Assembly: GCA_036165075.1 (NCBI GenBank)
Contig: JAYZIW010000025.1
Span: forward strand, 1 to 53,217
From: Fidelibacterota bacterium
GTDB lineage: Bacteria; Fidelibacterota; Marinisomatia; Marinisomatales; Marinisomataceae
Length of the DNA: 53,217 nucleotides
Direction: 5' to 3'
The notes beneath the pieces are model-generated. The model had not been told where the DNA came from and searched no databases. It was given only the letters and a program-made list of their open reading frames with translations. Both the position numbers and the translations under genes were made by a program. Positions 46,542-53,217 of this stretch are shown one piece after another (position 1 is the stretch's first letter; the number at the start of each line of letters is the position of its first letter).

Positions 46542-49500
46542 ATGAAACTTAACAAATCAAGTTTTCAGTACTTGTTTGTCTTTCTTTTGTCTGTTGCGAC
46601 ACTAACTGCGCAAACTGTGTCTGGTACCGTTTCTGGTGCTGACGGCAGCGCGCTTGCTGGTGCAAATGTAGCAGTTGAAGGAACTGATCTAGGTGCTTCA
46701 TCGAATCAAGATGGATCATTTAGTATATCAGGGTTAAGCGATGGTGACTATACACTTACAGCTTCATATATTGGATATGAGTCTGGAAGTGCTTCAGTCA
46801 GCATAAGCGGCGGACAAGCAGCGAATGCAAATTTTACTCTTGAAAAAGGTAATATAAGACTTAATCAAGTTGTAGTATCTGCATCCTTTAAAAAAGAATT
46901 AGTTACTGAAGCACCTGCTAGTGTGGAAGTTTTTGGTGGAGAAGAATTAGAAGCCAGAGGCGCTGCTACAGTTGTAGATGTTTTAGCTAACAGAGCTGGA
47001 ATTGAAACTATGAAAACCGGTTTAGAGTCATCTAATATGACTGTACGTGGTTTTAATGGTATTTTCTCCGGTGCAATTCACGCCGTAGTTGATAATCGCT
47101 GGACAAGAGCTCCAGTAATTAATGCTCAATTACTTCAATTTATGGCTCCAGACGACTCAGAAATTGAAAGAGTAGAGCTTGTACGTGGTCCTGCATCACC
47201 GATGTATGGTCCTGATACACAACAAGGTGTAATTTCAATGTTTACAAAATCTCCATTCAACCAAGGGCATAGATTCGCTCTAACCGTTGGACAAAGAGAT
47301 TACATGAAATTATATGCACGAATTTCACATCAATGGGGTGCTAGAGCAGCAACCCGTATAAGCATAGATCACAGGTCATTTAATGACTGGGATGCGGCTA
47401 TGCCACATACGCAAGCAGAAGCGAATGCACAGGGTCACAACTATTGGGAACCTGAATACATTCGTAGAGGAATACAAACTCCAAACTATCCATTCGTAGA
47501 ATACGGTGGAGCAGATGATCCATATAATGATCCAGCAACTGGGTCTTATAATGAATCTTCATATGACTTTAGTCCTGAAGGTACTACTGTTAATATGAAA
47601 ACGGAGTTTCGTCCTGACTTAAAATCTAACCTAACAGTTAACTTCAGAACAGCAAATATTTCTGCGATTGAATATACTGGTGTAGGTAGAGCGTGGGCAG
47701 ATGACGCAACTTTATACCAAGCTCAAGTGTCTTACTTAAGACAAGACGTGCTTGGTGGAAATCTATTTTTAAATCTGTTTACAAATGTTAATGATCAAAA
47801 AACTACATTCAATTTATCAACAGGTAATATTGTGTATGATGAATCATCAAACATAGCCTTCCAGATGCAACATGCTTCTGATTTAGGTAATGGTAAATCT
47901 CTTGTATGGGGTGGAGACTTCTTGTCACGTACTCCTGATACAAAAGGAACCATTAACGGTAAGAATGAAGACATCGATGACTTTGACAATGTTGGACTAT
48001 ATTTCTCTTTTGAGAAAGAATGGGACAGCGGAGTTAAACTTGTTGGTACTGGAAGAACAGATAGTAACAATTATTTAAAAGATATCGGAACAGACTATGT
48101 GTTTGCTCCAAAATTAGCGTTAGTATGGTCACCTGATAATGTAAGAGGAAATTTCCGTCTTACTTATGGTGAAAATATTGACTTACCTGGTAACTTTACT
48201 AAGAACCTTGATATTGCAGTATTAGGAACTAACTTAGTATATGGTGCTAATGGTATCGATTTTACCAATCCAGCATTCGGAGGATTACCTTTCCAACCTG
48301 ACTTCCAAGCAAAAGCTATGGGATCAACAACAACTGGTTGGACCTATAACAGAGACGCAAACGGAAATCTTACTTTCCGTACAAACTGGTCTCCAGCATG
48401 GGGCTTAGGCATAAATACTAATTACAGCCTAAATGATCCTACTGTAAATGGTGCTATGTGGTCAGTATTCGCTCCAGTTATTGGTGGCGGAGTATTACAA
48501 TCTTCTGACGGTGCAGCATGGATAGCAGGATATGGCGCAGCAGTAGCTGAAGGTTATGTAAATGCTACATACCAAGGAACCTACGACTACTATATCAGTC
48601 TTGGTGCTGACGCAGCAACAGCTGCAGCAGCAGCTGCAGCAGCAGCAGCCGGAGTTATAGCAGATGGTTCTGCAGCAGCATACGGTGAGACTGCAGCAGG
48701 AGGAGCAGTAGTAGACTTTTTAGCACTGATGGGGTCAGCAATACCAAGTATTGCTAATCTTGTGCTTGACGGTAGTCTAAGCGTTACTGACCCAGACGTA
48801 GAGTTCACTAATTACCCAGTAATTAAGGAAACTACTTGGGCTCAAACAGAGTTTGGATATAAAGGTCAGGTAGCTGATAATATGACTCTAGCAGTAGATG
48901 TCTATAATCTAAAAATATCTGATTACGTAACAGGCCTACAGCAAATTAGTGGTTATACCATTATGGCTGCTGACGGTGGAAGTTATGTTGCAGCATTACT
49001 TACTGCAATGTATGGTAATGACAACTTAACAAACTTTGTTAGTGCGCTTGACGCAAACGGAGCTTATGGTGGTGCTGATGAACTTGCTGCATTAATTGCA
49101 GGTCAAGTTGCACAATTACCAATGGGTTCAATTGCTCCTGAGCAATCACCTTATGGTGGTAATATCATTGTTGGATATAAACAGTTGACTGAAGATCTTA
49201 ACTTAAATGGTCTAGAAGCAACTTTAAATTATTTCCCAACTAATGAATGGAATTTCTACATGAATATGTCATTGCTAAGTGACAGCTCATTAGAAGCTGT
49301 AGATATTAGCGGACGTACAAATCAAGTAAATATGAATACACCTGAATTTAAACTAGGTGCTGGAATGCAATTTGCAACCGAAGGTTCATCATACGGTATG
49401 TCATTGCGTTACCAAGATTCATACACTGCTACTGGATTTGCTAGTACTTCTGGAGAAATTGCATCATTCTACACCCTTGGTGTAAATGGTAAATGGAGTG

Positions 49501-49628
49501 TTGACTCAATACCAGGAATGTCAGTTGGAGTATCAATTGACAACATCACTGATGTTGTACACAAAGAAACTTACTTAGGCCCTGAAATGGGTAGATTTAC
49601 CAAATTAACTATTGGGTACGATCTATAA
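46542..49628 (+). CDS. TonB-dependent outer-membrane receptor with N-terminal CarboxypepD_reg-like domain (SusC-like architecture, no SusD partner)
   Basis: 1028 aa. Signal peptide ending LTAQ, TVSGTVSGADGSALAGANVAVEG...YTLTASYIGYES (carboxypeptidase regulatory-like), plug (VEVFGGEELEARG, ERVELVRGPASPMYG), long beta-barrel. SD AGAGG lies upstream. Confidence 0.88.
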   Translation: MKLNKSSFQYLFVFLLSVATLTAQTVSGTVSGADGSALAGANVAVEGTDLGASSNQDGSFSISGLSDGDYTLTASYIGYESGSASVSISGGQAANANFTLEKGNIRLNQVVVSASFKKELVTEAPASVEVFGGEELEARGAATVVDVLANRAGIETMKTGLESSNMTVRGFNGIFSGAIHAVVDNRWTRAPVINAQLLQFMAPDDSEIERVELVRGPASPMYGPDTQQGVISMFTKSPFNQGHRFALTVGQRDYMKLYARISHQWGARAATRISIDHRSFNDWDAAMPHTQAEANAQGHNYWEPEYIRRGIQTPNYPFVEYGGADDPYNDPATGSYNESSYDFSPEGTTVNMKTEFRPDLKSNLTVNFRTANISAIEYTGVGRAWADDATLYQAQVSYLRQDVLGGNLFLNLFTNVNDQKTTFNLSTGNIVYDESSNIAFQMQHASDLGNGKSLVWGGDFLSRTPDTKGTINGKNEDIDDFDNVGLYFSFEKEWDSGVKLVGTGRTDSNNYLKDIGTDYVFAPKLALVWSPDNVRGNFRLTYGENIDLPGNFTKNLDIAVLGTNLVYGANGIDFTNPAFGGLPFQPDFQAKAMGSTTTGWTYNRDANGNLTFRTNWSPAWGLGINTNYSLNDPTVNGAMWSVFAPVIGGGVLQSSDGAAWIAGYGAAVAEGYVNATYQGTYDYYISLGADAATAAAAAAAAAAGVIADGSAAAYGETAAGGAVVDFLALMGSAIPSIANLVLDGSLSVTDPDVEFTNYPVIKETTWAQTEFGYKGQVADNMTLAVDVYNLKISDYVTGLQQISGYTIMAADGGSYVAALLTAMYGNDNLTNFVSALDANGAYGGADELAALIAGQVAQLPMGSIAPEQSPYGGNIIVGYKQLTEDLNLNGLEATLNYFPTNEWNFYMNMSLLSDSSLEAVDISGRTNQVNMNTPEFKLGAGMQFATEGSSYGMSLRYQDSYTATGFASTSGEIASFYTLGVNGKWSVDSIPGMSVGVSIDNITDVVHKETYLGPEMGRFTKLTIGYDL
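48612..48650 (+). repeat. GCN trinucleotide tract (10 consecutive Ala codons at 48621..48650, GCA/GCT/GCC) inside the receptor gene
   Basis: gca gca aca gct gca gca gca gct gca gca gca gca gcc, in frame with the CDS. It encodes AATAAAAAAAAAA within a wider Ala/Gly-rich segment (about 48530..48720). Confidence 0.9.
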
Positions 49629-49650
49629 GGAACAGTTTCAGTTGAATATA

Positions 49651-49681
49651 AAAAAAGCCCTCATTTTTGAGGGCTTTTTTT
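49651..49681. terminator. Bidirectional rho-independent terminator between convergent genes
   Basis: AAAAAA-GCCCTCA-TTTT-TGAGGGC-TTTTTTT. A 7-bp stem is flanked by an A-run and a T-run, so it reads as hairpin + U-tract on both strands. It lies between the receptor gene (+) and the dehydratase gene (-). Confidence 0.85.
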
Positions 49682-49706
49682 ATGCCTAATACTTATGAAA
49701 TAATAA

Positions 49707-50672
49707 TTATTCTTTTCCGACTTTTTGCCAAGGCAATGAGACAAGATCAACATTACCTCCTGTAATAATTAGAACAATCTTCTGTCCTACAAACTTTTCT
49801 TTATTAGCCATAATGCTAGCAAGCGTTAATGCGCATGAAGGTTCCACAACGATTTTCATACGTTCCCAAATTAATCGAGTCGTATCTATAATCTCTTCTT
49901 CTGATGCCAGTACAATATCATCTACATTTTCTTGAATAATTGGAAGAGTTAAATGTCCAACAATCGCCATTAATCCATCTGCAACAGATTCTCTGTGTTT
50001 CATCTCAATACGCTTGTTTGCAGTGTACATTTGGTGTGTATCATCGACGCTTGCTGGTTCACAGCCGATAATCTTTGCTGAATGATTTAAACCTTTTAAA
50101 GCAATAGATATACCGCTAATCAATCCACCGCCTCCAATTGGGACTACTACAGAGTCAAATTCTGGTACTTGGTCTACAATTTCAAGCCCAATAGTGCCCT
50201 GTCCTGCCATGACAGCATAATTATCATATGGATGAATGGAGATACGATTATTCTCTTCTACTGTCTTAGCAAATAACGCATCTCGTTCTGACATATGGTC
50301 ACAAAATATCATATTCCCATTATAGGTATTCACATTATGAATTTTAGCCTTGGATACACTCTTAGCCATGACAATGTCTGCATGGACCCCTTTAAGGTCT
50401 GCAGCGCAGGCTATAGCGCCTCCATGATTCCCTGATGACTGACATGCCACGCCTTGAGCAGCTTCTTTTTCACTTAAAGAGAAAATCGCATTTGATGCGC
50501 CTCTTATTTTAAAAGATCCAGTCTTTTGAAAGTTTTCACATTTAAAAAATAACTCCATCCCTAACAGCTCATTAAAGTATTCTGAGGTGACAATAGGTGT
50601 TTTACGGACAATAGAAGACGTTAGCGATTGTGCAGATTGCACATCATGCAGAGTAGGCTTGGATTCTAACAT
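49707..50672 (-). CDS. PLP-dependent threonine/serine ammonia-lyase (dehydratase) family, short catabolic/racemase-like form
   Basis: 321 aa. PLP-lysine motif GSFKIRGA, SSGNHG, glycine loop PIGGGGLISG. No ACT regulatory domain. Confidence 0.8.
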   Translation of the reverse strand: MLESKPTLHDVQSAQSLTSSIVRKTPIVTSEYFNELLGMELFFKCENFQKTGSFKIRGASNAIFSLSEKEAAQGVACQSSGNHGGAIACAADLKGVHADIVMAKSVSKAKIHNVNTYNGNMIFCDHMSERDALFAKTVEENNRISIHPYDNYAVMAGQGTIGLEIVDQVPEFDSVVVPIGGGGLISGISIALKGLNHSAKIIGCEPASVDDTHQMYTANKRIEMKHRESVADGLMAIVGHLTLPIIQENVDDIVLASEEEIIDTTRLIWERMKIVVEPSCALTLASIMANKEKFVGQKIVLIITGGNVDLVSLPWQKVGKE

Positions 50673-50696
50673 AATTTTATATAGCTAATTAATGTA

Positions 50697-53217
50697 TTAT
50701 TTAACAAATACTAACTTGCCCACTGCGTTAAAGTTGCTAGAGCGAATCTGATAGAAATATACTCCGCTACTAACATCATCTCCATCATCATCCTTTGCAT
50801 CCCATTGTATGGATTGATATCCAAAACGTTCTTCATTATCAATCAAAGTACGCACTACCCTTCCGCGAATGTCAATAATAACCATTGTAATGCGTTCGGT
50901 TGCAGGCATATCAAAATCAATCGTAGTACCACCGCTCGTAAATGGATTTGGATAACTTTGAGATAAGCGATATGTTGATGGTGCAGTTTGTAATAAGTTG
51001 TATCCTTCAGAAACAACTTGATTGTATTGATCATAAGCTGAATAGCTTATTCTTAAGAACTCATAAGCATCTGTTAGGTTTTCAAAGCTAAAATATATCT
51101 CTGTTTGATCTTCATTAGACCCATATTCTCCTAACTCTACCTGTATGATTCCATTTTCTTGATCATTATTGCTTAAAATTAATTGATTTGTTGCAAGACT
51201 AGGCAGTAAATCCACATTATATTTTTCTGGATCGTAATCAAAATAAACCTGTGCTGTTTCTGTCTCTCCTGAGAACTTCACAATAAGTTGGTTATTCAAA
51301 ACACGTAAGAATGGGGTTTTACCTTGTACCGTATAATTTGGAACAGTTCTACCGTTAACACCAACAGACCAATTCCACATAGATTCAAACATTGCTAAAT
51401 CCTGTACATCAGATACTCCATCGAAATTAGGGAAGAAATATGGTGCACTACCTGTTACTGGTGCAATATCTACACCTGGGTAAGCAGCCATGAATGCAGT
51501 ATAGTCTGTAAAATCAATAATCCAGTCATTATTAGAATCTCCCAACAATGTTCCAAAATAATAGAAGGAAGCAGATGTAGTAGCAGAATTAAGTCCTACT
51601 AAATCTTGTCCATATACGCTTACAAAATATTGCTGATAATCACTTAAAGAAAGTGCGTTTAAGTTAAACTGCTCTCCACTATAAGGCGTATACGCTAATA
51701 CATCTTCTCCACCAATTGATGTACCTACAGCGACGTAATATAAAGAGACTCCACTTGTAGCATCGTAAAAGTTATCTAATGATACTGAGACATTTGGATT
51801 CTGGGTGATATATTGAGTATCTTGCAAGTTTGTAATTGCTATATCTCCAACAACCGGCCCTACTCTATCTACAATAACTGAAATGGTATTTGATGCAAAA
51901 TTGGCATAACCTGTTGTTGCTCCAACGCAAGAGTTTTCAGCAATATCAACAGTAACTTCTCCATCAATTGTTGCAATGACATCAAAACTATATGTTGAAC
52001 CATTTCCTCCATTAAAATTACTTACCGATCCATTTGTAATAATTAAATCACTTTCTGTAAATCCAGTCATCTCTTCACCAAATGTTACTGTTACAGCAAA
52101 CCCATCATTTGTGGTGGCATACGATACATCAGAGGTCAATGTAACATTAACTCCATTAGCAACTTGCTCCCAATTTCTTCCAGCTGCCCATGCGTAACCT
52201 TCTAGCGCTTGCTCTTCAGAGAACATACGCATCTGATCGTCATATACATAATCCATGTAGTTCATAAATTGGTCACCTTTTCCGCTTGAAGAAATACAAC
52301 TATCTTCACTATATCTACCATAAAAATTACCACTACCTGATGGCCACTCATAAATTTCAGCACCACGATTATTTACTGTTTGTGGTGGTATATCATTCCA
52401 ATATTGTGTTCCGCAAGTATTAGCATTAAATACATGGTTATAAGTAAAATTATGACCTAATTCATGTGTTAACGTTCTTCCTCTATTATAACCACCAGTA
52501 GTGCCAGGATTTTCAACAGATCCTACTGAACCGCCCAATACTACTGATTCAGGATATCCTAAATATGCCTGACCTAAAAGACCGCCTGTTAAAGGCGCAA
52601 TATAAATATTTAAAAATCCAGCTTGATATCCATTGTCTGAACAATTACCACAACTATTTGAACTAGCTAAACTGCTAGCTTCACTTACGCCACTTACTGT
52701 TGATTGGCTAATTTGATATCTACGAATCGTTACATCTTCCACAAGAGAATCGCCAGTTAACTCTCCTTGAGCTCCTACAAATTTGATTTGATGCGTACCT
52801 CTTGCAGCTTGGTGACTATAGTCTACACCAGGAGAATATGGTGCATCACTTGGATTTGGAGAAGATGGAATTTCATCTCCATCAGGATTTTGATTTTGAA
52901 AGTCTAAATTTATTTGATCAAAGTTTGCACCAATTAGTGCTGCTGAAATATTGCTTGAATTCGAATTATAAAGAACATGAAATATAACTGGGACATAAAT
53001 AGTATTCTGACTGCTAGCATCTGTACGCCATTGAGGATTATCTTTAAGCATTTGTTGTCCACGTTCGATATAAAGATCACGCTCTGCAATAAACTCAGGA
53101 TTAATTAATTGTAGTTCTGCTTCTAATTCATCCGATGCACATCGTATCCATTGATCGTGATTGTGTTGTGCAGTTAGAAAACTAAATGATAGTAGAAAAA
53201 ATAATATTTTTTTGTTC
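50697..53217 (-). CDS. Secreted M43 (cytophagalysin/pappalysin-like) zinc metalloprotease with Ig-like modules and a T9SS C-terminal sorting domain; 5' end at the window edge
   Basis: HELGHNFTYNH zinc site, DIPPQ, FMNYMDY Met-turn block, MRMFSEEQ. The C-terminal YPNPFTSGGTTIDF...SGVYFYQIRS...GKLVFVK is a T9SS/FlgD-Ig-like sorting domain. The frame stays open upstream of the track start (53051) to base 53216: NKKILFFLLSFSFLTAQHNHDQWIRCASDELEAELQ..., which is a signal peptide. The start codon is therefore at or beyond the window edge. Confidence 0.8.
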   Translation of the reverse strand, partial: NKKILFFLLSFSFLTAQHNHDQWIRCASDELEAELQLINPEFIAERDLYIERGQQMLKDNPQWRTDASSQNTIYVPVIFHVLYNSNSSNISAALIGANFDQINLDFQNQNPDGDEIPSSPNPSDAPYSPGVDYSHQAARGTHQIKFVGAQGELTGDSLVEDVTIRRYQISQSTVSGVSEASSLASSNSCGNCSDNGYQAGFLNIYIAPLTGGLLGQAYLGYPESVVLGGSVGSVENPGTTGGYNRGRTLTHELGHNFTYNHVFNANTCGTQYWNDIPPQTVNNRGAEIYEWPSGSGNFYGRYSEDSCISSSGKGDQFMNYMDYVYDDQMRMFSEEQALEGYAWAAGRNWEQVANGVNVTLTSDVSYATTNDGFAVTVTFGEEMTGFTESDLIITNGSVSNFNGGNGSTYSFDVIATIDGEVTVDIAENSCVGATTGYANFASNTISVIVDRVGPVVGDIAITNLQDTQYITQNPNVSVSLDNFYDATSGVSLYYVAVGTSIGGEDVLAYTPYSGEQFNLNALSLSDYQQYFVSVYGQDLVGLNSATTSASFYYFGTLLGDSNNDWIIDFTDYTAFMAAYPGVDIAPVTGSAPYFFPNFDGVSDVQDLAMFESMWNWSVGVNGRTVPNYTVQGKTPFLRVLNNQLIVKFSGETETAQVYFDYDPEKYNVDLLPSLATNQLILSNNDQENGIIQVELGEYGSNEDQTEIYFSFENLTDAYEFLRISYSAYDQYNQVVSEGYNLLQTAPSTYRLSQSYPNPFTSGGTTIDFDMPATERITMVIIDIRGRVVRTLIDNEERFGYQSIQWDAKDDDGDDVSSGVYFYQIRSSNFNAVGKLVFVK

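Noticed and set aside
1-53217. CRISPR arrays, tRNA/rRNA genes, IS elements, large direct or inverted repeats
   Set aside because: None recognised. Intergenic gaps are all 130 nt or shorter and lack tRNA-like GC-rich cloverleaf segments or repeat-spacer periodicity. I could not do an exhaustive computational repeat search, so short dispersed repeats cannot be excluded.

Overview
AT-rich, very gene-dense chromosomal segment. By my tally of the gaps about 96-97% is coding, with many 1-4 nt start/stop overlaps. I call 56 protein genes, 48 of them on the minus strand. I saw no rRNA, tRNA, CRISPR array, transposase or integrase. Most of the content is housekeeping: lepA, nadE, asnS, uvrB, waaA plus a GT9 heptosyltransferase, tatC, rpsT, fldA, guaB, alaS, pntAA/AB/B, pepA, der and rpoD. 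Several signatures point to a streamlined, probably marine, member of the FCB superphylum rather than a proteobacterium or firmicute: a T9SS C-terminal sorting domain, a DUF5683-like protein, a sensor-less sigma-54 activator overlapping an LptE-like lipoprotein, a sigma-A with an IRLPLN-type region 3, and a CarboxypepD_reg-type TonB receptor. This placement is inference; I cannot run a search. The points most worth a second look are listed here. (1) One in-frame TGA interrupts an otherwise perfectly conserved lepA. (2) A phage-flavoured recombination/nuclease patch lies between pntB and pepA: Gp157-like on the plus strand, and small TM protein + PD-(D/E)XK nuclease + RmuC translationally chained to pepA on the minus strand. 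(3) A kinase (APH) + acyl-CoA dehydrogenase pair with a histidine phosphatase and a MaoC dehydratase resembles the ACAD10/11 / LvaA-LvaC 4-hydroxyacyl-CoA route. (4) An uncharacterised lipid-tailoring gene string sits next to it and includes an unannotated 32-aa membrane micro-ORF that exactly fills an apparent intergenic gap. (5) An orphan 1028-aa TonB-dependent receptor carries an Ala-rich insert encoded by a (GCN)10 tract. It converges on a T9SS-secreted M43 metalloprotease. I found no system that I can confidently call novel. All functional calls rest on motif recognition by eye.
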